Shown: in pieces, positions 53,338-64,000 of the stretch
Numbering within the stretch: position 1 is the stretch's first letter
Layout: every line of letters starts with the position of its first letter
DNA from: an uncultured Armatimonadia bacterium
GTDB lineage: Bacteria; Armatimonadota; Zipacnadia; CAVVLO01
Direction of reading: 5' to 3'
Assembly (NCBI GenBank): GCA_963749155.1
Contig: CAVVLO010000001.1
Coordinates: forward strand, 448,001-512,000
Length of the DNA: 64,000 nt
Translations under genes and position numbers: made by a program
The notes under the pieces: generated by a model
Databases searched by the model: none
The model's input: the letters and a program-made list of their open reading frames with translations, nothing else
Told to the model about the DNA's origin: nothing

Positions 53338-54407
53338 GCAAGGCTGACAAGTATCTGGTAACTGGCGGGACGGGCTTTCTCGGGACGCATGTGACGCGAA
53401 GACTGCTGGCAGAAGGGGTCCAGCCGGTGCTCGCGGACCTCGTCGCGCTTAACGAGCCTGACCTGGATGAGACCAACTGCGAAGTCCACATCGCGGATAT
53501 CCTCGATGCGGCGGCGATGAAGGAGCTGGCCAAGGGCAAGGCGGGCGTGGTGCACGCGGCGGCTTCGCTGCCCATACGCGGTTCGCGAGAGGCCATCCTC
53601 CGCACCAATGTCGAAGGCACGCGCAACGTGCTGGAGGCGGCGCTGGCGGCGGGGGTGCCGAAAGTCGTGTTCATCAGCAGCACGGCGGTATATGGCATAC
53701 CGAAAATCCACCCGCTGTACGAGACCAGCCCGATTGTGCCTCTTGGCTCTTATGGAGAGTCCAAAGTGGCGGCCGAGGGCGTGTGCCGGGAGTATATGGA
53801 AAAAGGCCTCGATGTGACCATCATCAGGCCGAAGACCTTTATCGGGCCTGGCCGGCTTGGGATTTTTCAGATCCTCTTCGAGTGGATCCGGGAAGGCTGT
53901 TATATCCCTATGATCGGCAAGGGGACCAACAGGTACCAGTTGCTGGCGGTGCAGGACCTGGTAGAGGCTATCTGGCGCGGGCTGTCGCTGCCCAACAAGA
54001 ACGAGACGTTCAATGTGGGCAGTCAGCACCTCGCGCCGGTGGGGGTCTATCTGCAGCAACTCTTCCAGCACGCGGGCACGAAGGCAGAGCTGGTTCCGCT
54101 GCCGGCCAAACCGGCGCAGTGGTTCCTGCGCGCGGCGGAGCTTTCCAAACTGTCGCCACTGGTCGAGTGGCACTACAAGACCGCCTGCCAGGACAGTTTT
54201 GTGGATGTATCGCATGCCAAGGAAGTGCTTGGCTGGGAGCCCCAGTACACGGATGCCCAGACGCTTATCCAGACATATGACTGGTATATCGAGCATTACC
54301 AGGAGTATCTCGACCACACGGGCATCACGCACCGAGTGGCCTGGGACCAGAAGATACTGAGATTCTTCAAGTGGCGGACGTTGAAGGCGCGGGGGTGGGT
54401 CAAGTGA
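53334..54407 (+). CDS. NAD-dependent epimerase/dehydratase (extended SDR)
   Basis: VTGGTGFLG, SSTAVYG, YGESK. Confidence 0.9.
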   Translation: MSKADKYLVTGGTGFLGTHVTRRLLAEGVQPVLADLVALNEPDLDETNCEVHIADILDAAAMKELAKGKAGVVHAAASLPIRGSREAILRTNVEGTRNVLEAALAAGVPKVVFISSTAVYGIPKIHPLYETSPIVPLGSYGESKVAAEGVCREYMEKGLDVTIIRPKTFIGPGRLGIFQILFEWIREGCYIPMIGKGTNRYQLLAVQDLVEAIWRGLSLPNKNETFNVGSQHLAPVGVYLQQLFQHAGTKAELVPLPAKPAQWFLRAAELSKLSPLVEWHYKTACQDSFVDVSHAKEVLGWEPQYTDAQTLIQTYDWYIEHYQEYLDHTGITHRVAWDQKILRFFKWRTLKARGWVK

Positions 54408-55375
54408 TACTGATTACCGGGGCGGCGGGCTTCATCGGCAGCGCCGTGGTGTGGGAGCTGAACAACGCGGGCCTCACCGACCTGGTGCTGTGCGACAGGT
54501 TTGGCAGCAGCGAGAAGTGGAAGAACCTGCGGACGCGCCGATTCGAGGATTATGTCGAGGCAGAAGACCTGTTCAGGCGCCTTGCGGACGCAAGTTGGGC
54601 CAGTAAGATCGAGGCAGTCATCCACATCGGGGCTTGCAGCAGCACCAAACAGTGGGATATGACCTTCCTGCACAGCAACAATGTGGCCTTCAGCCAGCGA
54701 CTTGGCGAGTGGGCGGCTGAGCGGGGGGCGAAGTTTATCTATGCTTCCTCGGCGGCAACCTACGGAGACGGGAGCCTGGGTTTCTCGGACAGGGATGAGC
54801 TTACGCCGAAGCTCGAGCCGCTCAATCCTTATGGGTTCTCGAAGTGGCTGGTGGATATGTGGGCTATCCGGCACGATTTCCCCGCGCGGGCGGTCGGGCT
54901 GCGCTTCTTCAATGTGTTCGGGCCTAACGAATACCACAAGGAAGATATGGCGAGCGTGATTTTCAACGCTTTTGAGAAAGTGAAGCGCGAGCGACTCATC
55001 AAGCTGTTCAAGTCGCATCGGCCGGACTTCGCCGATGGGGAGCAGAGCCGGGACTTCGTCTATGTGAAGGATGTGGCCAGGGTGGTGCGATATTTCCTCG
55101 AACGACCCGAGACACAGGGCATCTACAACGTGGGCACGGGGAAGGCGCGCAGCTTCAATGATCTGGCGAAGGCGCTGTTCGCCGGACTAGACCTCGCGCC
55201 GAATATCGAGTATTTCGATATGCCCGAAGAGCTGCGAGACAAATATCAGTATTTTACCGAGGCGGACCTTGCGAAGCTCCGTGAGGCAGGATATACCGAA
55301 GAATTCACCCCTCTTGAAGACGCAGTGGACGATTATGTAAGGAACTACCTGGCGCAGGATTATCGGCGCCTGTAA
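54404..55375 (+). CDS. hldD: ADP-L-glycero-D-manno-heptose 6-epimerase
   Basis: TGAAGFIGS, GACSST, YASSAATYG, PLNPYGFSK, FNVFGPNEYHK, KYQYFTEAD. Confidence 0.93.
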   Translation: MILITGAAGFIGSAVVWELNNAGLTDLVLCDRFGSSEKWKNLRTRRFEDYVEAEDLFRRLADASWASKIEAVIHIGACSSTKQWDMTFLHSNNVAFSQRLGEWAAERGAKFIYASSAATYGDGSLGFSDRDELTPKLEPLNPYGFSKWLVDMWAIRHDFPARAVGLRFFNVFGPNEYHKEDMASVIFNAFEKVKRERLIKLFKSHRPDFADGEQSRDFVYVKDVARVVRYFLERPETQGIYNVGTGKARSFNDLAKALFAGLDLAPNIEYFDMPEELRDKYQYFTEADLAKLREAGYTEEFTPLEDAVDDYVRNYLAQDYRRL

Positions 55376-55385
55376 GGAGCCCCTG

Positions 55386-58247
55386 ATGAGATATTTCCTC
55401 GCGGCGCTGGCCGCACTGCTCGTGTTCGCCTTTCCCTTGTGGGCCAAATCGGTGCTGGCGCCGGCCGGCGTGGACCTGTCGGCTGCGCTCGTGATGGAGG
55501 CCGAAGAGGCCCAGGTGGAAGGCATCATCTTCAACCAGGAGCATGCCGGATTTACCGGGCGCGGGATGCTGGCGGGCTTCTATCAGGGGAGCGTCACTTT
55601 TGATGTGGAGCTTGCCGGCGGGCCAACTGTCGTGCTGGTTCGATACGCCAATGCGATGGGGCAGGGGGCAAGTCGAGAACTAGCCCTGGACGGGCAGCGG
55701 ATTGGCGATATCGAATTTCCAACGCAATCTGCCTGGACAGATTACGTGACAGTCGCGAGCCAGTTCGACCTGCCAGCGGGCAAGCACAAGCTGACTCTGC
55801 GTATCGCTGGGCCGGACGTTGTGCCTATGAACCTGGACAACCTGGGTTTGATGCCGCTAGCGGACTTCCTTTCGGCTTTGAAGGCGAAGGGAGAAGGCAT
55901 CGCAGAGGCGCTGCAGAGCCTGCCAAGGCGACTGGCAACGGCAAGCGCGCTCTCGCCGGAGCAACTTGGAGCGCTGCGACAGGGACTGGTAGAGGCTGAC
56001 AGCGTGGAAGTGGCGCTGGCGCGGCTTGCTGATTTTAGCTGGCATTCAGGCGAGCTGGTCAGGCAACTGGGCGAGGCGCGGGCGATAAGATATCCAAGGC
56101 CAGCAACGGTCGAATATATGCTGCCCTCGAGCGCGAAGCTGGAGTTGCAGGTCAAGCCTGACCTCGAGTGTCGACTGACCTGGCAACCGCCACTGGGCGG
56201 GCTGGACCCGACCTGGCTGTGGAAGTCGTGCGGGGTGCCGTTCGGTTTCAGGCTTGAGGGCTACGGCGAGCTGGAGCGCGAGCTGGGCGCGGGCACGAGT
56301 TTTGAGCTGGAGCGGGTGTGGTACAGGCCCGAGGGGGCGGACCTCTCCTTCGGCAAGGCGCGGGTGAAGCTGGAGTGCAGTTGGATCCAGCCTGTCGCGC
56401 GGCTGACCAGCACGGGCGCGAAGCTGCTGCCGGGAGAGGCGTTTCACGGCGTGGCAGAGGGCCGGAGCGGGGTATCGCTATCCAATTGACTACGAAGGAC
56501 ACAAGCTGCAGGTGATTGCGCGACCGACTCAGGCCGGCTGGGAGATCGGCTGGTTTACTGATGCGAAGCAGGCCAAGGCTTTTTCGCGAGAGGGCGCTGA
56601 GGCAAGCAGTTTTGGGCCATATCCACTGGGCCAGCGGGCCGAGTTTACTTCCACCTTGTGGCAGCGGACGGCGGAGTATAACCTGCGCGAGCTTGCGATG
56701 GCGCAGGGGCTGGCGGGCGAGCTACGCGCGGCGCCGAGCGGCGGCTACAACGTGCCCTGGGTGCGCGATGGGACTAACGCGGCGGCGTATCCAGTGTATG
56801 CAGGCTATGGCAAGTTACTTGCGCGCTGGCGACCACTGCTGATGGCGAATCCCTCGGAGCTGACCTGGGGCGGCAAGACCTATCGCACCTATGGCACGCT
56901 GGTGGGCTTCACCCAAAAGTATGAGCAGGACGGGGCGTTGTATCCAATCCTGGCTGTCTACACGGACTGCCTGGTTGGGTCGGGGCCACCGCCAGTGAGA
57001 ACGAGCTGGCAATCCTCGAGGACGGCATCAGGTATCTGCGAGAGCAATTCTACTCGGAAGAACTGGGATTGTTCTGCGAGCTGTACATCAACGAGGCGCC
57101 GCTGAAAGACGCCCCCGAATGGCAGTCTGGAGAGCGGTACGAGGCGCTGAAGCAGGACGGCGAGTGGATCCGCAGGGCGTATACGCTGTACCTGAACGAG
57201 TTCGCCTATGGGGCGCTGTTGCAGCTTGCGGAGTTGGAGGCTCTCTCAGGGCGCACCGAACAGGCTGAAGGCTATCTTGAGATGGCACTTGGATTGCGCG
57301 AAGCCATCGAAACGAGGCTTTGGCTGCCGGACGAAGGACATTACCTGGTTGGCTGGGGGCTGAACGAGAGCGACAAACTGGTGCCGCTGGACTGGTATTA
57401 CTGGGATTCCTTCTTCGATTATATCTGGGCGCTTACACTGACGCCGAATCTGTCCCACCCGGGACGCGCGCATCAGGGGCTGCTGGCTATCTGGGACCAG
57501 CGTAAAGTAGTAATGCCGAACTCAATCGCGGGTATCTACTTTGCCCCAAGTTATGCTCATTCGGCCTATACGCTGAACGCGCTTGGAGATGAGAGGCAAG
57601 CGGAGAGGCTGATAGGGCCGCTGATTGAGCGCACCTGGGCGACAGACCCTCATCCACCCGAGCAACTAGAACGCGCGATGGCCGGGGCGGTACCCGAGAC
57701 GATGCACACGGTGGCCTACCACAGGCCGGAGCTTTTCACCTGCGGGCCGCTGGCGTATGGGCTGTCCAGTTTCGGAGTGCTTGCAGACCGCTGGGGGCTG
57801 ACGCTAAGGCCCCAGGCCAAGTTGAAGGGGTTTGAGGGCTTCGAGTGGAAGGGCAAGGCGCGGAGCATCGGGCTGGTGGAAGGCGCGCCGACCGAAGTGA
57901 CTCTCTACGTGGACGGGCAGGCATTCTCCAATTGTTTGAAGAGCCCAATTGCAGCGAGCCAGGCCAGCCGATTCGAGCTGCGAACCGAAGCCCAGGTGTG
58001 GCCGGTGCTGACTTATACCCCTGCAGGAGTGCGCTCGGTCGAAGTGACGCGCAGCGGGTTATACTTCCACCTGACGAGTCTTGGGCCAACCTGGGTGATG
58101 CTCGCGGGAGCGGCAGGGGCCGAGTGTTCAGTGACCGATGGGCAAGGCCAGAAACTGCCTATCGAGGTCTATCCAGTCGGCGAGCAGCTCTGCGTGGACC
58201 TGAAGACCGCGCCAAGGGGCGATTTCATACTGAAGGTGGAACCCTAA
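55386..58247 (+). CDS. Large secreted CBM35/CBM6 plus (alpha/alpha)6-barrel glycoside hydrolase-like protein, split by frameshifts near 56470 and 56985
   Basis: MEAEEA...[38 protein letters not shown]; three same-strand fragments join with single-base fixes. Confidence 0.6.
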
Positions 58248-58666
58248 TGGCATATCGCAATCCTGTGCCGACTGTGGACGCTTTGATAGAGCGCGAGGGG
58301 CGCATCGTACTTATCAAGCGGAAGAACCCCCCGCCTGGCTGGGCGTTGCCAGGGGGCTTTGTGGATTATGGCGAGACGCTCGAGGCGGCAGTGATACGCG
58401 AGGCGAAGGAAGAGACGGGGCTGGACATCGAACTGGTCAGCCAGTTTCACGTCTATTCTGACCCAAGCCGCGACCCAAGGCAGCATACGATTGCAACGGT
58501 CTATCTGGCCAGGGCAAAAGGCGAGCCTGAAGGCGGAGACGATGCCTCCGAGGCGCGCTGGTTCGACCCGGAGGAACTGCCCGAGATGGCTTTCGACCAT
58601 GCCGAGATCATCGCCGACTGGCTGCGAGCCAGTCGAGAGGGCAAATTGACTCGGGACTGGGTCTAG
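58247..58666 (+). CDS. NUDIX hydrolase (ADP-ribose pyrophosphatase-like)
   Basis: [24 protein letters not shown]udix box; RDPRQH, AFDH. Confidence 0.92.
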   Translation: MAYRNPVPTVDALIEREGRIVLIKRKNPPPGWALPGGFVDYGETLEAAVIREAKEETGLDIELVSQFHVYSDPSRDPRQHTIATVYLARAKGEPEGGDDASEARWFDPEELPEMAFDHAEIIADWLRASREGKLTRDWV

Positions 58667-58668
58667 AC

Positions 58669-59604
58669 TCAGGGCAGGTCGAAGTCGAGGCGCGCCTGAA
58701 CCTGCTGGCGGGTGGGCAAGGAATCGAGGGCGCCGCGTCCAAGGCATTTGAGCGAGGCCACTGTGACGCCGATAGTGGCGGCGTTGATTGGATCGAGATG
58801 ATTCATCAGGCCGTAGAGGAAGCCCCCAACGAAGGCGTCGCCAGCACCGGTAGTATCCACAACAGGCCCGAAGTCATGGGCCTCTATGCTGAGGCGCTGA
58901 TCTTCCCAGCCCAGCATTACTCCCCGGTGGCCAAGTTTAATGGCCACGTATTTGACGCCTTCATCCAGGAGTTTTGCGATGGCTTCCTCTGGGCTACGAG
59001 CGCCAAGCAGGAGGCTTATCTCGTCAGGGGCGCTGGGAGTGACGATATCCAGGTAAGGCAAGACCTCGCGGAAGGCCTCGGCGGCGGCAGAGTGCGACCA
59101 GAGTTTGGGGCGATAATTGGGGTCATAGCAGGTTAGCGCTCTGGCTTCTCGCGCCAGGTGATAAGCGTGCTGTACGGCTTCCCTCATCGAGTCGCTTATA
59201 GCTTGACTGATCCCGCTGGAATGGAAGCAGTCGAGGTGCTTGAAAGCATTGTCTGGCAGGTCGGCTACCGAGTAAGTGCTGGCGGCGCTGCCCTTGCGCC
59301 AGTAGGAAAACTCGCGCTGACCGCCCTCCAGCAGCGAGATGAAGTAGATGCCATTGGGCTCTGGGGAGGACAGGACACCGGAAAGATCGACACCTTCGGC
59401 AGCCCAAAGCGAATGAAGGAAGGCCTCGAAGGGATCCTGCCCAAGGCGGGTGAGCCAGATGGCATCCGCGCCCAGACGCCGCGCAGTAACCAGCACGTCG
59501 AGGGTGTCTCCACCGCAGGCTTTGGTGAGCTCACGGGCCTGGCTGAGAGGCTCGCTCGCATATAATTCGACCATAGCTTCGCCAAGTGCAGCAAGCCTGG
59601 CCAT
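58669..59604 (-). CDS. PfkB sugar kinase (KdgK-like)
   Basis: GEAMVE, GGDT, YDPNYRPKLW, VDTTGAGDAF. Confidence 0.9.
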   Translation of the reverse strand: MARLAALGEAMVELYASEPLSQARELTKACGGDTLDVLVTARRLGADAIWLTRLGQDPFEAFLHSLWAAEGVDLSGVLSSPEPNGIYFISLLEGGQREFSYWRKGSAASTYSVADLPDNAFKHLDCFHSSGISQAISDSMREAVQHAYHLAREARALTCYDPNYRPKLWSHSAAAEAFREVLPYLDIVTPSAPDEISLLLGARSPEEAIAKLLDEGVKYVAIKLGHRGVMLGWEDQRLSIEAHDFGPVVDTTGAGDAFVGGFLYGLMNHLDPINAATIGVTVASLKCLGRGALDSLPTRQQVQARLDFDLP

Positions 59605-59670
59605 AGCGCATCGCCTCCACGACAAAAAGAGCAGGGCAACCTGCAAAGGTCGCCCCGCCCCTCTGAAAAA

Positions 59671-60699
59671 CTACTCGCCGCTCTCGACTTGTTCGCCCTG
59701 ATTGCCGGTTACGAGATCGCCAGCTTCTTTCTGCTGCTGCTCAATTTCTTTCTCTTCGGCCTGTTGAGCGAGCATCTGCTTGGCTTTCTCGGTATCGATG
59801 GTGCCGACTGCGATTAGCTTCTCGGCCAAAGGGGTGCCTCCGGTAATAAAGGAGCCAACCATATCGACGACGGTCTTACCAATTACGCGCGGGTACTGGG
59901 TGACGGAGACCTTTAGGCAACTGCCCTCTTCGGCCATCTTCTCGACGGCTTCAGGACCCCCATCGTAACCTACCACGATGATGTCCTTCCGACGTCCAGC
60001 GGCTTCGATAGCCTGGACGGCGCCGAGGGCCGAATCATCGTTGATGCCGAAGACGGCATCGAGGCTCTGATGCTTGGTGAGCATCTGCTTCATAACCTCG
60101 AAGGCCTTGTCTTTCTTGCCTTCGCCGGAGGGCGAGTCCAGGACTTTGATGCCCGGGAGCTTCTTGAGACCTTTCTTGAAGCCCTTCACGCGGTCCTGGA
60201 CCGAGCGAGGCGCGGGGTAGTCGATGATTACGATGTTGCCCTTGCCGCCCAGCAGAAGGCCCAGTTCCTTCGCGGCAAGCTCGCCACCCTGGACGTTGTC
60301 AGAGGCGACGTGGCAGACAACGGTGCCTTTGTCGGCTTTCACATCGGCGGTAAATACAGGGATGCCGGCTTCGTTGGCTTCCTTGATGGCTTCGCCTATG
60401 GCGGCGGAGTCAATGGGGCAGATGATCATCGCATCATAACGCTGCGTGATGAAGGAACGCACCTGTTCCATCTGTTTTTTGCTGTCGAACTCGGCTGAGC
60501 TGATGAAGAGCTCGCAGTCATTGCGGGCCTGGGAGTCCTCCATCGCCTGGCGTAAATCCTGATAAAACCAGTGCTGCTCGGTCATCAGGCTGACGCCGAC
60601 CTTGTACTTGAACTCGCGCTGGGTGGCGCATGAGGAGACGAGAACGGCTGCAAGCACGATCAGCAGCGCCAGAGCAAGAGGAACGCAGAGCTTTTTCAT
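59671..60699 (-). CDS. RbsB-like sugar ABC substrate-binding lipoprotein
   Basis: Lipobox-like VSSC; AGIPVFT.D, VASDNVQGG, NDDSALG, VVGYDG. Confidence 0.9.
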   Translation of the reverse strand: MKKLCVPLALALLIVLAAVLVSSCATQREFKYKVGVSLMTEQHWFYQDLRQAMEDSQARNDCELFISSAEFDSKKQMEQVRSFITQRYDAMIICPIDSAAIGEAIKEANEAGIPVFTADVKADKGTVVCHVASDNVQGGELAAKELGLLLGGKGNIVIIDYPAPRSVQDRVKGFKKGLKKLPGIKVLDSPSGEGKKDKAFEVMKQMLTKHQSLDAVFGINDDSALGAVQAIEAAGRRKDIIVVGYDGGPEAVEKMAEEGSCLKVSVTQYPRVIGKTVVDMVGSFITGGTPLAEKLIAVGTIDTEKAKQMLAQQAEEKEIEQQQKEAGDLVTGNQGEQVESGE

Positions 60700-60796
60700 A
60701 CCTTACACTCTCCTGATCAAAGGGAGTCCGCTAACGAGCGGATTATAGCACAGCACTTGGCCGGTGCAGGTTTCGGCACTAGCCTGGAACCTCCTG

Positions 60797-62719
60797 CTAA
60801 GGCTGAGGCAAGGCGTCGAGTTGTGATTGGATACGGCCAAGCGCTTCGGCATCGCCCAGCTCCCGGAGGGCATCGCGCAAGGCTTCGAGCCTTATGCGAT
60901 TGTCGGGAGTGATCGCCACGGCTTTGGACAAGGCTTCGACGGCTTCGTGAGGGCGATGAAGAGCCAGATAAGCCTGGCCAGCGCCTGCAAGATAATCGGC
61001 TTCGCCAGGATGGCGCTCCAACAAGGTCAGGTAGTCGGCCAGAGTGCGGTCAGGTTTCCCAGCGGCAAGCGCCAGGCGGGCGCGCACACCGAAATAGTAA
61101 TCCGAGGGATCTAGTTCGATTAGGTGGTCAAGTACAGCGAGCGCCTGATCGAAGCGCCCGAGTTGTTCAAGCGCGCGTACCTGGCCAAAAAGGGCAGGCT
61201 TGGCGTTCGGGTCAGCAAGCCCAAGCCGGGCATAGACAGCGGCAGCTTCTTCATACCGGCCGGCCTCGGCAAGAGCCTCAGCCCAGGGGTAAAGAGCGCC
61301 AGGCTCCTCGGGGAACTGTTCCGCCACCTGCTGGAGCAAAGTGGTGGCTTCTTCCGCGCGGCCTGCCTTCTGGTAGAGCCTGGCAAGGGAGAGCTTCGGG
61401 CGCCAGTCGCCACGGATCTGGCTGGCAAGGGCCTCCTGGGCGGAGATGGCCTCCTCCAGCCTGCCGGCATCAACGAGCAGATTTACTTTTGTGGCGACGA
61501 GTTCAGGGTCGCCAGGGGTCTCGGCGATGAGCTGGTCAAGCAACTTCAGGGCCTGGTCGAGTTTGCCCTGCTGGGACAGGCAGGTGGTCAGGGCCAGCTT
61601 GATGCTGCGAGAGCCAGGGGCGAGTTCCATCGCGCGGAAGAGCTTCACGGCGGCCAGGTCGTGCTTGCCGAGGCGCTCGTAAAGCAGACCGTACTGGACA
61701 AGAGCATCCACGTGTTTGGGTTGCTTTTTGAGCACATAATCGAGCTGGCTGGCGGCAAGGGCGGGCTGATCGAGCTGAGCATACCAGGCGGCAAGCTTGA
61801 TACGGGCGTCATAATTGTCAGGCTCATAAGCGACCAGGCGTTTTAGCCAAAGGGTGGCTTCTTCGATTTTGTTCTCGCTGCCTGCGAGTATGGCCAGGTT
61901 GAAAAGGGCAGGCACGAAATCGGGCTGGAGTTCCAGGAGGGTTTCATAATAACGCCGGGCGAGAGCAGTATCGCCAATTTTCTGGGCAATAACCCCGCTA
62001 TTGAACAGGGCTGCGGTGTCTTTGGGATTGTGCCCAAGCACGCGCCGGTAGGTAGCCAGAGCGTCCTGGGACTTCCCAAGCCTGGCGTAGGCGAAACCGA
62101 GATTGAGCAGGGCTTCCATATCAGCAGGGGCGGCTTTGGAGGCGGCTTGCAAGGGGGCAAGGGCCTTGTCGGGAGCGCCAGCCTGCAGGTAGGAAAGGCC
62201 CAGTTCCTTGTTGAGATTGGCGCTGGCGGGGTGGGCGGCAAGGAACTTGGTAAGCACCGCGATGGCCTGGGCGGTGTTACCGGTAGAGCGAAGCACCTGA
62301 GCCGAGATGAGCGCGACCTCGGGATTTTCAGGAGCCAGGGCGCGAGCTTTCTGGACGGCGGCAAGGGCGAACTCGGGTTTTTGCGTAGCCAGATAAAGCT
62401 TGCCAAGCCAGGCGAAGTAATCGCCGCGCTGGTTGCCTTGTTCGCGCACCCGCAGCAGCGAACCAAGAGAGGCGTCGAACTGGGTAAGGGCATAATGGCA
62501 TTTGGCTTTGCCCAGCGCGTAGTCCACATTGGCAGGCGACTTGGCTACGAGTTTGCCCCAGGCGGTCAAGGCTTCGGCAAATTTGCCAGCGGCTGTCAGC
62601 TGGCGAGCCTGGGCATCAGGCGCAGGCGTAGTGGGAGTGACAGTCGGTTGCTGAGCAAAGGTCAGCCCAGCTAGCAGAATTAGTGCCAGTGCGAGGCAGC
62701 AGGCGAGTCTGGAGCGCAT
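60797..62719 (-). CDS. Secreted TPR-repeat protein
   Basis: Signal peptide; many 34-aa LG...Y...G...A...Y...L...P repeats. Confidence 0.9.
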   Translation of the reverse strand: MRSRLACCLALALILLAGLTFAQQPTVTPTTPAPDAQARQLTAAGKFAEALTAWGKLVAKSPANVDYALGKAKCHYALTQFDASLGSLLRVREQGNQRGDYFAWLGKLYLATQKPEFALAAVQKARALAPENPEVALISAQVLRSTGNTAQAIAVLTKFLAAHPASANLNKELGLSYLQAGAPDKALAPLQAASKAAPADMEALLNLGFAYARLGKSQDALATYRRVLGHNPKDTAALFNSGVIAQKIGDTALARRYYETLLELQPDFVPALFNLAILAGSENKIEEATLWLKRLVAYEPDNYDARIKLAAWYAQLDQPALAASQLDYVLKKQPKHVDALVQYGLLYERLGKHDLAAVKLFRAMELAPGSRSIKLALTTCLSQQGKLDQALKLLDQLIAETPGDPELVATKVNLLVDAGRLEEAISAQEALASQIRGDWRPKLSLARLYQKAGRAEEATTLLQQVAEQFPEEPGALYPWAEALAEAGRYEEAAAVYARLGLADPNAKPALFGQVRALEQLGRFDQALAVLDHLIELDPSDYYFGVRARLALAAGKPDRTLADYLTLLERHPGEADYLAGAGQAYLALHRPHEAVEALSKAVAITPDNRIRLEALRDALRELGDAEALGRIQSQLDALPQP

Positions 62720-62720
62720 C

Positions 62721-63500
62721 TCAGGCCTCCTCGGTTAGCCTCACGGGAACACCCCGGTCGGCCAGGTAGCGCTTGACTTCAGGTACTGTCAGTTCTCCGA
62801 AGTGGAAGATGGAAGCGGCAAGAGCCGCGTCCGCCATCCCGTCGGTGAGCACTTCATATATGTGGTGCATATTGCCGGCACCGCCCGAGGCGATAATGGG
62901 GAGGGTGAGCGCCTCGGCCAGCGCGCGATTAAGCTCCAGGTCGAAGCCATCGCGAGTGCCATCTTTATCCATACTGGTCAGGAGTATCTCGCCAGCGCCG
63001 AGTTCTTCGCAACGTTTGGCCCAGTCAAGGGCGTCGATACCGGTAGGGGTGCGACCGCCGTGGGTGAAGACTTCCCAGGCAAGGGGAGAACTGCCTGGCA
63101 CCCGGCGGGCATCAATTGCGACCACGATGCATTGGGCGCCGAAGGCCTGGGCGCCGCCACTAATGAGAGAGGGATTCTCGACGGCAGCGGTATTGATGCC
63201 AATCTTGTCGGCTCCAGCGCGCAAGGTGGCGCGTATGTCGTCCACTGTCCGAAGACCACCGCCGATGGCAAAGGGGACGGTGAGAGTGCGGGCGACAGCC
63301 TCGGCCAGTTTCAGGACCGTGCTACGGCGCTCGTGAGAGGCGGTGATATCGAGAAAAACCACCTCGTCAGCGCCTTGGAGGTCGTAGACAGAGGCCTGCT
63401 CCACCGGGTCGCCGGCATCGCGGATATTGATGAAGTTTATTCCTTTTACGACCCGGCCTTTGTCAATATCAAGGCAGGGGATGATGCGCTTGGCGAGCAT
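62721..63500 (-). CDS. hisF: Imidazole glycerol phosphate synthase cyclase subunit
   Basis: [32 protein letters not shown]. Confidence 0.98.
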   Translation of the reverse strand: MLAKRIIPCLDIDKGRVVKGINFINIRDAGDPVEQASVYDLQGADEVVFLDITASHERRSTVLKLAEAVARTLTVPFAIGGGLRTVDDIRATLRAGADKIGINTAAVENPSLISGGAQAFGAQCIVVAIDARRVPGSSPLAWEVFTHGGRTPTGIDALDWAKRCEELGAGEILLTSMDKDGTRDGFDLELNRALAEALTLPIIASGGAGNMHHIYEVLTDGMADAALAASIFHFGELTVPEVKRYLADRGVPVRLTEEA

Positions 63501-63503
63501 TGG

Positions 63504-64000
63504 TCAGCCTCCAGCTGCGCGAAGCAGCTCGGGGTAGGTGGCGCGGCCATCGTAAAGAGCCTTGCCTACGATGACGCCTTCGAGATTGGGCACAGCAAGT
63601 CCTGCCAGAGCGGCAACATCAGCAGCCGTGGCGACGCCCCCGGAGGCAATGCAGGCGGCTGGAGTGGCCTCGGCAAACAGGCGCTGAGCCTCGAGATTCG
63701 GGCCGATGAGATTGCCGTCTCGAGAGATATCAGTATAGATGAAACGCTGGACGCCGACGTCCGCGCAACGCTGTGCGGCTTCAAGGGCGGAAAGCTGGCC
63801 GGACTCGACCCAGCCTTTCACCATCACGATACCATCGCGGGCGTCAAGGCCAACGACGAGGCGCTCCTGGAGGTCGGCGGCAAGGAATTCCAGATACTCC
63901 CAGTCTTCGAGGGCTTTCGTGCCAAGAATTACACGGTCCACGCCGGGCATGAAAGGCAGCGTCGATATCCTCAGGCTGGCGAAGGCCGCCGCCAAGCTCG
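63504..64000 (-). CDS. hisA: HisA, 5'-truncated by the window edge; frameshift near 63945
   Basis: ELGGGLR, RVILGT, YTDISRDG, IASGGV, GVIVGKALY. Confidence 0.93.
   Translation of the reverse strand, partial: SLAAAFASLRISTLPFMPGVDRVILGTKALEDWEYLEFLAADLQERLVVGLDARDGIVMVKGWVESGQLSALEAAQRCADVGVQRFIYTDISRDGNLIGPNLEAQRLFAEATPAACIASGGVATAADVAALAGLAVPNLEGVIVGKALYDGRATYPELLRAAGG

Overview
This is a GC-rich bacterial chromosomal segment. T-box and CIRCE regulation, the heptose epimerase hldD, a DUF1559-type prepilin and a stalk-domain protein together suggest an Armatimonadota-like diderm Terrabacterium (inference). Left accessory zone (0-15 kb): MNT-HEPN toxin-antitoxin pair, secreted hydrolases, Fic, and cysD-cysNC with a sulfotransferase. 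tmRNA (15183-15532, -) and tRNA-Val(GAC) (17836-17910, +) bracket an orphan two-gene phage-tail-like module. It encodes a short tape-measure-like protein and a tail-assembly-chaperone-like gene ending in an in-frame G GGA AAC -1 slippery site with an open gpT-like extension, behind its own promoter and palindromic operators, with no other phage genes in the window. This is the best candidate novel system. The core region holds thrS-infC-rpmI-rplT, T-box-pheST (PheT lacks the B2 domain), membrane glycosyltransferases, a serine operon with a structured leader-peptide region, a HEAT protein, a Zn-PLC pair, rnhC, ROK, a bacterial translin/TRAX, eda, secG, DUF1015, CIRCE-groESL, two degenerate M16 proteins, rodA, nfo, glycoside hydrolases, hldD, NUDIX, a PfkB kinase, a sugar-binding protein, a TPR protein, hisF and hisA. 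About 13 single-base frameshifts, including in pheT and serA, point to long-read indel errors. GC skew appears to flip near 35-37 kb. All family calls come from motif recognition by eye; no searches were run.
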